This document shows positions 9,722 through 19,366 of a stretch of 64,000 nt of DNA, piece by piece. The notes under the pieces are model-generated. The model did no database searches. It saw only the letters and a list, made by a program, of their open reading frames with translations, and was not told where the DNA came from. Source of the stretch: Candidatus Omnitrophota bacterium (GTDB taxonomy: Bacteria; Omnitrophota; Gorgyraeia; Zapsychrales; Fredricksoniimonadaceae); the NCBI GenBank assembly GCA_015232565.1, contig JADFZK010000002.1:64935-128934 (forward strand), in the 5' to 3' direction. Position 1 is the first letter of the stretch. The number at the start of each line of letters is the position of its first letter. The position numbers and the translations under genes are program-made.

Positions 9722-12700
9722 ATGATATTGGCGGCGGGGGTTTTGCTGTCCTGCTCCACGGCGCAAGCGGCGTCACGGTACTGGGTGGGGGCGAACGGGG
9801 CTAATACCAATGATGCCAATAACTGGGCCGGGGCGGATCCGGCCAGTTGCGCTGGCGGCGGGGCGGGTATTCCCGGAAATTCGGACATCGCGTATTTTGA
9901 CGCGGATTGCGACAGCAATGCCTCGATCAACGCCAACCTGAACGTCGCCGGGATTAACATTGCTTCCGGCTACTCCGGCACGATCACCCAAACCAGCACT
10001 TACACGGTAACTGTCGGCGCCAGTCATTATACCCAGGTTGACGGCACATTTACCGGCGGATCAGGTGCTATCACTAATTCAGGCAATTTCAGTGTAACCG
10101 GCGGCGCATTCACCGCGACCAGCGGCACACTCTCCGTGGCAGGCGATGTCAATCTGAGCGGCGGGACTTATACCCATAATAACGGCATCATTGACCTTAC
10201 CAAAGCCGCGGGCACCCAAACCTTTGATTCCGGCAATCAAACCTTTTACCGGATCAATCATAATGCCGCGGGCACTCTGCAATTGATCAACAATTCCGTA
10301 ACGGCTACAAATTATATTTATCAGACAGCCGGCACCATTGATCTCAATACGTTGAGCATGACCAGCCAGGGTAACGGGCGTGTTCGTTACGGCGGGATCT
10401 TGAATAATGGTACGTTTACAGTATCTGGTTTAACAGGAAACCAGGTTACCATTGATAACAATGCGGTTATTGGAGCCAATATTTACATTACAGCAGGTAG
10501 CATAAATTTTACTGACGCCACTTTTAATGGCGTGGCATTCTTAAATTGTAATGGGACGACTCAAGGTGATTCTGTTAGCTATGGCGGAAGCACCTTTAAT
10601 AGCGACACAACGCTCCAAACCAGTGGGAGTGTGCAATTTTATACCAGTCAGTCCAAGGCGGATACATTTAACGGTCCGCTAACACTTAATAATACAAGTA
10701 ACGGCACGCTTACCATCAACTGGGCAGGCAACAATACTAAATTTAACAACAATATTTATGTTAACAACACCGGCTCCGGTACAGTTTCGGTCGGGGCGTA
10801 TTACGGTTCCAGCATGACCCTGGCTGACGGATATACCATTTCGGTTGGCTCAAGCGGCGTTTCTTCCGGCACTTTAAGTATCAAGGGCTTGTTGCAGGCC
10901 GGCACCACAGCCCAGAATATTGCGCTCACGGGCACCGCAACCATGAACATTTCTTACGGCGGCACCTTTAATGGCGACCTGACGGTTACCGGCGGCACGG
11001 GAAATACTGTTAACACCTACTCCACTGCCACCCGCTTCAACGGCAATCTGAATGTCACGGCTGGCATCATCAACCTGAACGGCGGCACCTTCAATGGGAC
11101 GTCTTATTTCAAGCAGACCGGAACAACGTCTGATAGCGGGGGCAGTAGCGGCAGCTGCACATTTAACAGCACAACCACGATCGAGAATAACGGATCCAGG
11201 GGATTTTCTTTGGGCTATTCTACGACCGACACCTTTAATGGACCACTGACCTTAACAAATACCAGTTCCGGTTATGTGAATGTGGTGTCTGGCACCAGCG
11301 GGACCGTTTTTAATAACGACATTTTCTTTAATAATACCGGCGCAGGAACAACCTCAATCGGCAATTACAATGGCACCAGGACTTCAACGCTGGCGGATGG
11401 CCATTCTTTGTCGATAGGCACTACGGGTTTTTCCAGCGGGACTCTGGCTATTCGTGGTTTAACGCAGGTGGGTTCGACGGGTTCGACCTTGGATCTCACC
11501 GGCACATCTTCGCTTGTTATGAATTATGCCAATACATTTAATGGGCCGTTAACGATCAGTACACCTGTGTTCAACCTGGGGCGTTCAACATTTAATGGCC
11601 CGGTAACGATCACAAAGACCGGGCTGGCAGGTTCTTATACGTATACCGATGGAGGCGACACCTTCAATAGCACGTTCACTTTTAATCAGAACGGAACAGG
11701 AAGCGGCGGTGGTGCTACCTCGGCATATCAGTATCTTGGAAATAACGGTCTTTATGAAACATTTAATGGAGATGTTACCTTTAACATCTTAAACAATTCG
11801 GATATTGGCCTAAATCAAACAGGTTATAAATTCAATGGCAATCTGATTGTGAATAGCTCAGGGTCCGGGAATATTTATATTTATAACTCTACTTTAGCAA
11901 CAGGGAAGACGATTTCTGTTGGAACAGGATATACAGGCGGAGAATTAAGGTTGCAGGGGTTTAATCAGGTCGGGGCAACGGCCCAGAATTTAACAATGGG
12001 TGGGACATCTATATTAACCTTGGGAACAGGTACAACATTTAACGGAGATACGACGTTTAGTGTTTATCAAACCACGGCGACTTCGGTTACATTTAATGGG
12101 GCGACAACATTTGAAGCAACGAAGTATTGGCGAATTTACGGATCAACTTTTAATGGTCCAGCCACAATGAATAATCCCAGTACTAATGATTGGTCCGGGT
12201 TTCAGAACACCGCGACCACGTTTAATAATGATGTAACATTTACCACTACTGGAAATCAAAGTTCCTATGTCGCTTTTGGTGTAAACACTATCTTTAATGG
12301 TAACGTTACTGGGGCAAATCGGGTGGTTTGGGGTAATGGGGGTATCCCCGTCTTTAGTAAGACTTCCGGGGTACAAACGTTGGATACTGCGAACATCGCT
12401 TTCTCAAACCTGACGCATTCCGGTGCGGGTGCGTTGCAATTAACAGGCAATAACTTAAGAATGACCAATGGTACTGCTCTTATTAATTCGGCAGGCACGC
12501 TAGACCTTAATGGCCGGAACATTACGGCCGTGTCGACGACGTTTACACTCACCAACTCCGGCGGTAATATTCAGCTTATCAATACCGAAACCACCAACAA
12601 TTTCACCCAGTACACGTCCAACGGCACCTGGACGTATGTGGGCAATGGCACCGCGACCACGCGCACGATCAAGGATTTCGGCGCTACGGATTATTTTAAC

Positions 12701-15700
12701 CTTTCGATCAATGCAACAGGCGCTACGCCGGATGTGTTTCAGATCACTTCTCCGTTAAATCTGGTAGGCGCCTTGCGGGTGCAAACACCATTTACACCCG
12801 GCACCTATTTGGTTACGCTCTCGGGGGCCACGGCCAGTTATACGTCCACGAATATTGATATTTCCAAGACCACCTGGACAGGCGGGTCTTTGAATATCCA
12901 ATCCGACCTGGATCAAACCCTGCCTTCGGGAGAGACGTATGGAACGTTGCAGTTGGGGCGTTTCTCAGGCACGGGCGGGACGATCTTTAACATGGGGTCC
13001 ACCATCGAGGGGAACTGGACAGTGGATGCGGATGCCACGGTAAACCTGACCGGGGACCTGGTGATCAGCGGGAGTGCCACCATCAACGGCCGGGTGAATA
13101 CGCAAGGCTGGAACCTGACAATTGCCGGAACACTCGACATGAACGGCACTCTGGACGCCACCCGCGGCGCCACGGCCAGCACCATTACGCTCAGCGGCAG
13201 TGCAGATTTTACCGGCGGCACCTTCACACGGGATAATTCGGTCCTGCTCTTTAACGGCACCGGCACCAAAACGCTCAAGTCCGCCAGCAACACTTTTAAC
13301 ACCCTGCAAGTCAATAACGCGGGGCTGACACTCTCCATGCAGGATTCACTCTTGGTCGGCGGCGACCTGACACTCACAGCTGGCACACTGGACGTAACCG
13401 CATCGAATTATGCGATTTCGGCGGCGGGCACCTGGACCAATGCGGGCGGCACCTTCACGCCGCGCAACGGCACGGTCACACTCAACGGCGCCAGTCAGCG
13501 GATCAACGGGACAAACACGTTTTACAATCTGCAAAAGAATGTCACCACGGCCGGTACGCTCACTTTTGAATCCGGCGCATCCCAGACGATCAGCAATGCC
13601 TTGACGTTAACCGGTCAATCCGGTGCGATATTAACCCTGGCCTCATCGTCGGGTGGCAGTTACTGGAATGTTAATCCGGCGGGCACGCACACGTTAAGTT
13701 ATTTAAGTGTCAGTGATTCGAACAATACGGGGGCTGACATCAACACAGCGGGGTTGAATATTGCCGATGGCGGCCATAATGTGGGCTGGACTTTTGTAGC
13801 CAACGGCACCTGGACGGGCGGGGGGGCCGATAATAACTGGTCGACTCCCGGCAACTGGAGCAGTGGCGTTCCTGCCACTTCCGATGTGGTTGTTTTCGAT
13901 ACAACCAGCACCAAGAGTTGTATTGTTGATATTCCAGCTACTGTTGCGGGGTTGAACATGGCAACCGGCTTCACCGGCACGATCACGGTTTCTAACGGGT
14001 TTACGATTAATGGTGACGCCACCTTGAACGCGGGGGATTTTAACGCTGCCGGTGCCAGCACGCTCGACATTAACGGATCGCTGGCGATCATCAGTTCGGA
14101 TTTTACCGCGCCCACCAATGCGGTCATGTCGATATCGAAATCCCTCACTATCGACTCAACGGCTTCGTGGAACTTCAGCGGGTCTGGCACCCTGTTCTTT
14201 GACGCCTCGGGCACTACCAAGACTATAACAACGAACAGTAAACAACTTCAGAATGTACGGTTCGATGCCTCTTACGCAGGGTCTACCGGCACGATCTGGA
14301 CCCTGCAGGATAATTTTACCGCCTACTCAATTAATGTGGCCACTACGCTGGCCAATGCGTCACTGGTGGATAACGGCAAGACGGTTACAGTGAACAGCCC
14401 GACGGCCGCAAATATCACCATTAATACCAGTGCAGTTAATATAGCGCCCTCCACCGGCACCTGGGTAATGGCAGCCAACGGGACGGTTTCGAACACTGTG
14501 CAGGGGTTTGCGATCTTTGAAGCCAGCGCCGGGGTTACGGTAACAATTTCGGGAACATGCGTGTTCAAAAAAGGTGTTTTAGGGGCGAACGCTACCGTTA
14601 ACGGGGGGCAGTTCTATGCATATTCACCTACGGCCAATGACTATTTTGATTTTGCGGCGGGATCAAATGTGTCAAACATTCTTACGTTATATGGCGGCGC
14701 CAATCGAACACAAAAATCAATTAATATTACTGGCCGGTTCTTCGACTTCTCCTACGCTAATTCATCTGTCATCATGAGCGGTGACTGGACAGTAGGGAAT
14801 ATGCAGCTTTCCCCATCCGCTGGTACAAATTCTGACACCGAGGCTGAAGCCCGTGTTTTTGATACCAATAGCAAGAATTTAACGGCGAACGGCTGGGTGA
14901 TCCTTGGTGCCGCAGGATCTTTAAGCCGGCAGGGCCAGCAAAAATTATTACTCCGCAACGGGACACACGTTATTACCGGAGCCTTGTATGTTGTCCAGGG
15001 AGCAGTGCCATCGGCGGGGTTGGTGATCCTGGATGATTCCGCCGGCTCGGTAGCGCTCGAAGTAGATGGCAACTGGACTATGAAAGACATGAAAGTAACT
15101 TTGGGTTCGGCCTCGGTGATATCAAAGGGGAATATGGATTATTCCAGCATGTACATCAGCAGTGAGTCCACCTGGGGCATGAACGCCGGAACCTCTACCA
15201 TTACGCTCTCGGGCGCGGCTAACCAGACGATCACTGCGGCCAACAGCGTGGACAATACCGGTGCAGCTATCGCGGAATTCTATAACATGGTGATCAATAA
15301 AACCGGCGCTGCCGGCACCGATAAAGTGATCATTTCATCGCCCGCTAACACGCTTGACCTCACTGTAACCAACAGCGCGCGGGTTATTGATGGCATCCTG
15401 GACTTGGCCACTAACAGCGCAGTGATGACCATCGGCGTGGCTCTGACAATCGACACTGCCGGGTCCATGACCGTGGGTGCGGCCTCCACCTTGACCATCG
15501 CCGGTACCGCGGCAACCTATAAATCAAGCGATATATTCTCGATCGCTAACACCACCTGGGCGTCCACGGCCACATTGAACTTGCAATCCGATCTCGACCA
15601 GACTTTACCGTCAGATGAGACCTACGGCAACCTGCAGCTGGGCCGCTACTCGGATTCTGGGGGGACGATTTATACCATGGGTTCCACTATCGCCGGGGAC

Positions 15701-18700
15701 TGGACAGTAGATTCTGACGCCACTGTGGAATTATCGGGCAATCTGTTTGTAACCGGCGATGTGACCATCAACGGACAGGTGAATACCAACGGGTTTAATA
15801 TGACTGTTGGCGGTAACTTAGATATCGCATCCGGCGCTACACTTGACGCCAGTCAGGATACCGGCTCCAGTAAGTCTGCTATTACGGTTACCGGATATTT
15901 TCATCCGACCGGCAATTTTGTTACTGACAGCACTACCCTTGCCATCGGTGCGGGCACTACCGCTATGAAATCCCCCTGGAGCCTGGGCAGTATCACGGTA
16001 GCCTCCGGTGCTGTTTTAACTACCGACGGATATAACTTTACCACTGCCACAGATGTTACGGTGCCCGGCACCCTGAACGCGGCCAGCGGAACAGGCGGCG
16101 CCAGTACGCTCACTGTGGGCGGAGGAGTTAATCTGGCCAATGGTGCCTTTACCGGTTCCGATTCAACTCTGATCCTGAATGCCAGTTCCGGTGCACAGTC
16201 ATTTGTAACCAATAATCAAACGTTCAATGTGATCCGGGTGACCGGCGCGGGTTCCTGGACTGTGACCGGGGGCTTAACCACCAGCAGTGATTTCACCATG
16301 ACGGCAGGCACCTTCAACGCCGCCAGCGCCGGCACCATGGACGTGAACGGGTCATTGGCGGTCACCGGGGCTTTCATTGCTCCGTCGGCGGTAATGTCGG
16401 TGGCCGGGTCGCTCACTATCGATGCCGCCACCACCTGGACCAGTTCTTCCGGCATCCTGAATTTTGATGCCAGCGGCTCCGGCAAGACCATTACCACCAA
16501 CGGCAAAAATCTTTACAATGCCTATTTCACCGGCTCCGGCGACTGGACTTTTAACGACAGCACCACGATCACCAACGATTTCACTCTTGCCGCCGGTACA
16601 CTAAAAGGCGGGACTTCCACTATTAGCGTTGGCCGGAACTGGGATTCCTCGGGAGCAACGGCTACATTTACATACAATCAGTCTACGGTTGACCTTACCG
16701 GAACCGGGCAAATGAAACTGCCTTATAATTCCTATTTTTATAACCTTAAGATCGCGGCACCCGGGCAGACAACCACCGTGCTCGATCCCACCAGCCTGAG
16801 AAACTTTTACATTTATGGCACTCTTACCCTGGGCTCCGGAACGCTGACTCATTCCACTGGCGTCTACGGATTATTATTTATACTTCGGGGAACCGTTACT
16901 CCGCTGGTTTATAACAATACAAATTTCGTTTACGGCAATATGTTGATCTACAACACTCAGGAAGACGGCTACACCTTTACCGTGCCGGCTATATCGACCG
17001 CGTCGAATCTGGCCGTTTCATTTACTCCCGCGGCAACTGTTACCTACAACCTTGGCGGCGCTTTGAATATCGGCGCCTTTGATGCTTATCAACAAACGGC
17101 TGGCAAGACATTGACCTACAATACAAATGGCTTTCCCATAACAACGTCAAACTTTGTCCGGGCTGTTGCCGGAAATGGTTCCATGGCTTATGCCCGAGGT
17201 GCCACGATTGCCAATTTCGCGAACAGCACAGTTACCGACGGGTGGGATGCCGGCACAACCTGGAGTAGTTACGCATATTCAGGAACGGTTAATCTTGAGT
17301 CTTCTGTCTGGGCTGTGTCCTGGGACTGGACCATGCAATCCTCCAATGGCACCATCACAGTCAATCCCGGCACATCCACAGTAAAGCTTTACAACACATG
17401 TAAATTGTGGTCGGGAGGAACTTCGTTTAACAATCTGCAGATCCTGGGCAATAGAACGCCCTACGATAACGTGTCGGTACTTGGTTCGTTGTACCTCAAG
17501 TCGTTTTCTTTTAACTGCTCCACCTATAACGCGGCCGTTACGGTGGCAGGCGCGGTTACGATCGATGCCGGATTCGCGTTCACCGCCGGAACCGCACCAT
17601 TTAATATTTCAGGCCCGACAGCCGCTTATACCAATGTTAATATCGCCGCTACCACCTGGACGGGCGGCACTTTGAACATACAGACCGATCTCGACCAGAC
17701 CCTGCCGTCGGGGGAGACTTATGGCAACCTGCAACTGGGCCGCTACTCAGGAAGTGGCGGGACGATATTCACTATGGGCTCGACCATTACTGGCAACTGG
17801 ACAGTGGATGCGGATGCCACGGTGGAACTATCGGGCAATTTAACTATCTCGGGGAATGCCACTATTAACGGCCGGGTGAATACCAACGGCTGGAACTTAA
17901 CTGTGGGCGGCAACTTTGATATTGCCTCCGGCGGCACACTTGACGCCAGCCAGGATACCGGCTCAACCAAATCGCGGATCGCGGTCACGGGTTACTTTCA
18001 TCCGCTGGGGAATTTCATCTCGGACAATACCACTCTTTTGATCGGCGCCGGCACTTCTACCATGAGATCCGCCTGGAGCCTGGGCAGTATCACCATTGCC
18101 GCCGGGTCCACTCTAGTTACTGACGGCTACAACTTCACCACCACCTCCGACGTAACCGTGCCCGGCACCCTCAACGCCGCCAACGGGGCCGGAGGCTCAA
18201 GCACTCTGGCCATCGGCGGCAGTGTGAACTTTACCGGCGGCACATTTACCAATACCCTTTCGACAGTTATTCTTAATTCGACCACCACGGCTCAAACCAT
18301 ACTTACGGCCGACAACCAGTACAATGTGCTAACCGTGTCCAATTCGGCGGCGGGCGGAGTGACCTTCTCGGATGCCTGGACGGTGGTGGACTTTACCGAT
18401 ATTACCGCCGGGTCAAAATTGTATTTCGAGAACGGCATAACTTATACAATATCCGGCACGCTCACATTAAACGGCACCTCGGGGAATCTTATAACACTCA
18501 ACACCCACGACGGCTTAACCACCAACTTCATACTTAAACCCGCGGGAGGTGTGCCCACGGTTAATTATTTAAGCGTACGGCGAGCGGATGCCCAAACTAA
18601 TGACATTACTTGTGTAAATTGCAACGACGCCGGCTACAACAACTCCGGCACCGGAAATAAACTCTGGGACTTCGACAACAGCGCAGAAAACGGCGGCTTA

Positions 18701-18724
18701 ATCTTCGGCGCCATGATGTTCTAA
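9722..18724 (+). CDS. Giant (about 3000 aa) secreted repeat protein; a predicted beta-helix, adhesin-like surface protein rich in FxxN motifs
   Basis: Single uninterrupted ORF. A signal-peptide-like start is present (LALRVVAGMILAAGVLLSCSTAQA|AS), reached by ATG at 9722 or TTG at 9698. The ORF-track start at 9284 is an artefact of read-through across the REPIN region. Composition is heavily biased to T/G/N/S/A. Dozens of TFNG/FNGx (FxxN) motifs are present, together with long internal near-duplications. No recognisable C-terminal sorting motif. Confidence 0.8.
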   Translation: MILAAGVLLSCSTAQAASRYWVGANGANTNDANNWAGADPASCAGGGAGIPGNSDIAYFDADCDSNASINANLNVAGINIASGYSGTITQTSTYTVTVGASHYTQVDGTFTGGSGAITNSGNFSVTGGAFTATSGTLSVAGDVNLSGGTYTHNNGIIDLTKAAGTQTFDSGNQTFYRINHNAAGTLQLINNSVTATNYIYQTAGTIDLNTLSMTSQGNGRVRYGGILNNGTFTVSGLTGNQVTIDNNAVIGANIYITAGSINFTDATFNGVAFLNCNGTTQGDSVSYGGSTFNSDTTLQTSGSVQFYTSQSKADTFNGPLTLNNTSNGTLTINWAGNNTKFNNNIYVNNTGSGTVSVGAYYGSSMTLADGYTISVGSSGVSSGTLSIKGLLQAGTTAQNIALTGTATMNISYGGTFNGDLTVTGGTGNTVNTYSTATRFNGNLNVTAGIINLNGGTFNGTSYFKQTGTTSDSGGSSGSCTFNSTTTIENNGSRGFSLGYSTTDTFNGPLTLTNTSSGYVNVVSGTSGTVFNNDIFFNNTGAGTTSIGNYNGTRTSTLADGHSLSIGTTGFSSGTLAIRGLTQVGSTGSTLDLTGTSSLVMNYANTFNGPLTISTPVFNLGRSTFNGPVTITKTGLAGSYTYTDGGDTFNSTFTFNQNGTGSGGGATSAYQYLGNNGLYETFNGDVTFNILNNSDIGLNQTGYKFNGNLIVNSSGSGNIYIYNSTLATGKTISVGTGYTGGELRLQGFNQVGATAQNLTMGGTSILTLGTGTTFNGDTTFSVYQTTATSVTFNGATTFEATKYWRIYGSTFNGPATMNNPSTNDWSGFQNTATTFNNDVTFTTTGNQSSYVAFGVNTIFNGNVTGANRVVWGNGGIPVFSKTSGVQTLDTANIAFSNLTHSGAGALQLTGNNLRMTNGTALINSAGTLDLNGRNITAVSTTFTLTNSGGNIQLINTETTNNFTQYTSNGTWTYVGNGTATTRTIKDFGATDYFNLSINATGATPDVFQITSPLNLVGALRVQTPFTPGTYLVTLSGATASYTSTNIDISKTTWTGGSLNIQSDLDQTLPSGETYGTLQLGRFSGTGGTIFNMGSTIEGNWTVDADATVNLTGDLVISGSATINGRVNTQGWNLTIAGTLDMNGTLDATRGATASTITLSGSADFTGGTFTRDNSVLLFNGTGTKTLKSASNTFNTLQVNNAGLTLSMQDSLLVGGDLTLTAGTLDVTASNYAISAAGTWTNAGGTFTPRNGTVTLNGASQRINGTNTFYNLQKNVTTAGTLTFESGASQTISNALTLTGQSGAILTLASSSGGSYWNVNPAGTHTLSYLSVSDSNNTGADINTAGLNIADGGHNVGWTFVANGTWTGGGADNNWSTPGNWSSGVPATSDVVVFDTTSTKSCIVDIPATVAGLNMATGFTGTITVSNGFTINGDATLNAGDFNAAGASTLDINGSLAIISSDFTAPTNAVMSISKSLTIDSTASWNFSGSGTLFFDASGTTKTITTNSKQLQNVRFDASYAGSTGTIWTLQDNFTAYSINVATTLANASLVDNGKTVTVNSPTAANITINTSAVNIAPSTGTWVMAANGTVSNTVQGFAIFEASAGVTVTISGTCVFKKGVLGANATVNGGQFYAYSPTANDYFDFAAGSNVSNILTLYGGANRTQKSINITGRFFDFSYANSSVIMSGDWTVGNMQLSPSAGTNSDTEAEARVFDTNSKNLTANGWVILGAAGSLSRQGQQKLLLRNGTHVITGALYVVQGAVPSAGLVILDDSAGSVALEVDGNWTMKDMKVTLGSASVISKGNMDYSSMYISSESTWGMNAGTSTITLSGAANQTITAANSVDNTGAAIAEFYNMVINKTGAAGTDKVIISSPANTLDLTVTNSARVIDGILDLATNSAVMTIGVALTIDTAGSMTVGAASTLTIAGTAATYKSSDIFSIANTTWASTATLNLQSDLDQTLPSDETYGNLQLGRYSDSGGTIYTMGSTIAGDWTVDSDATVELSGNLFVTGDVTINGQVNTNGFNMTVGGNLDIASGATLDASQDTGSSKSAITVTGYFHPTGNFVTDSTTLAIGAGTTAMKSPWSLGSITVASGAVLTTDGYNFTTATDVTVPGTLNAASGTGGASTLTVGGGVNLANGAFTGSDSTLILNASSGAQSFVTNNQTFNVIRVTGAGSWTVTGGLTTSSDFTMTAGTFNAASAGTMDVNGSLAVTGAFIAPSAVMSVAGSLTIDAATTWTSSSGILNFDASGSGKTITTNGKNLYNAYFTGSGDWTFNDSTTITNDFTLAAGTLKGGTSTISVGRNWDSSGATATFTYNQSTVDLTGTGQMKLPYNSYFYNLKIAAPGQTTTVLDPTSLRNFYIYGTLTLGSGTLTHSTGVYGLLFILRGTVTPLVYNNTNFVYGNMLIYNTQEDGYTFTVPAISTASNLAVSFTPAATVTYNLGGALNIGAFDAYQQTAGKTLTYNTNGFPITTSNFVRAVAGNGSMAYARGATIANFANSTVTDGWDAGTTWSSYAYSGTVNLESSVWAVSWDWTMQSSNGTITVNPGTSTVKLYNTCKLWSGGTSFNNLQILGNRTPYDNVSVLGSLYLKSFSFNCSTYNAAVTVAGAVTIDAGFAFTAGTAPFNISGPTAAYTNVNIAATTWTGGTLNIQTDLDQTLPSGETYGNLQLGRYSGSGGTIFTMGSTITGNWTVDADATVELSGNLTISGNATINGRVNTNGWNLTVGGNFDIASGGTLDASQDTGSTKSRIAVTGYFHPLGNFISDNTTLLIGAGTSTMRSAWSLGSITIAAGSTLVTDGYNFTTTSDVTVPGTLNAANGAGGSSTLAIGGSVNFTGGTFTNTLSTVILNSTTTAQTILTADNQYNVLTVSNSAAGGVTFSDAWTVVDFTDITAGSKLYFENGITYTISGTLTLNGTSGNLITLNTHDGLTTNFILKPAGGVPTVNYLSVRRADAQTNDITCVNCNDAGYNNSGTGNKLWDFDNSAENGGLIFGAMMF

Positions 18725-18737
18725 AAAATGGAGATGT

Positions 18738-19157
18738 ATGAAAAAAGCACAAAAGTTTCTCGTGGGGTTGTTGTTCTTAATAATGGCTGCCGGTCAAGCC
18801 TGGGCGCAAACAGCCTTGCTGGCGGTGCCCTATCGGTTTACGGCGGATTCGGGTGAGGAAGTGGAACTGGTGGTCTATTACACAGCCGGGTATAAAGCGG
18901 TGGAACACTATGGTTTTAATACAACTGTTGTACACCCCAATGGCAATATTACCATGGCGCTAACGGCTAACGAAGCGGGTGGCAAGATCAAACTGGCTCT
19001 CAAAGTCCTGGATAACAAAGTAACCGATACCACTGTCACCTCCGCGGGTTTACCCGCTGGCTCAAAAGTCCTGAGCATTAACAGCCGCAGTGGTGAAAAA
19101 CTATCATTCACCTTCACCGGCCCGAAGCCAACAGTCACATCAGACCGGATTAAATAA
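18738..19157 (+). CDS. Small secreted protein of unknown function, co-transcribed with the giant repeat protein
   Basis: 139 aa. RBS GGAG at 18728. Signal peptide MKKAQKFLVGLLFLIMAAGQAWA|QT. Starts 14 nt after the giant gene's stop and is followed by a hairpin. Confidence 0.6.
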   Translation: MKKAQKFLVGLLFLIMAAGQAWAQTALLAVPYRFTADSGEEVELVVYYTAGYKAVEHYGFNTTVVHPNGNITMALTANEAGGKIKLALKVLDNKVTDTTVTSAGLPAGSKVLSINSRSGEKLSFTFTGPKPTVTSDRIK

Positions 19158-19163
19158 AAAGAA

Positions 19164-19190
19164 AGAGCCGCGATTGCTCGCGGCTTTCCG
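19164..19190 (+). terminator. Stem-loop (AGCCGCGA-TTGC-TCGCGGCT) downstream of the small secreted protein gene; a weak intrinsic-terminator candidate
   Basis: Perfect 8-bp GC-rich stem starting 7 nt after the stop codon. The trailing sequence is TTTCC rather than a long U-tract, hence low confidence. Confidence 0.4.
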
Positions 19191-19293
19191 GTAACATATA
19201 TAACCGGGACATTATATTTCTTCCAGCTCGTTGAACCATTTCAATGACTGCTTTTCAAATTAATATAATGTTCCGGTTTACATCGTCTAATTG

Positions 19294-19322
19294 CCGGGCC
19301 GAGACAAGCTCGGCCGCTACGG
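19294..19322. repeat. Solo REP-like hairpin unit, CCGGGCCGAGACAAGCTCGGCCGCTACGG
   Basis: 7-bp stem GGCCGAG/CTCGGCC with loop ACAAG, adjacent to CTACG. It matches the right arm of the element at 30689-30717 (CCGGGCCGACACAAGGTCGGCCCCTACGC) with paired compensatory G/C swaps in the stem. Confidence 0.65.
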
Positions 19323-19366
19323 AAATTATTTATTCTATAAATCTGTTAAATACGCACATAAGTTTT

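Noticed and set aside
12913-13386. Multiple minus-strand ORFs of 60-170 aa inside the giant gene (for example 12913-13386, 13699-14220, 15901-16212)
   Set aside because: They are antisense to a strongly coding, compositionally biased repeat gene. They are Pro/Val/Ala-rich shadows of the G/T-rich sense codons and have no independent support.
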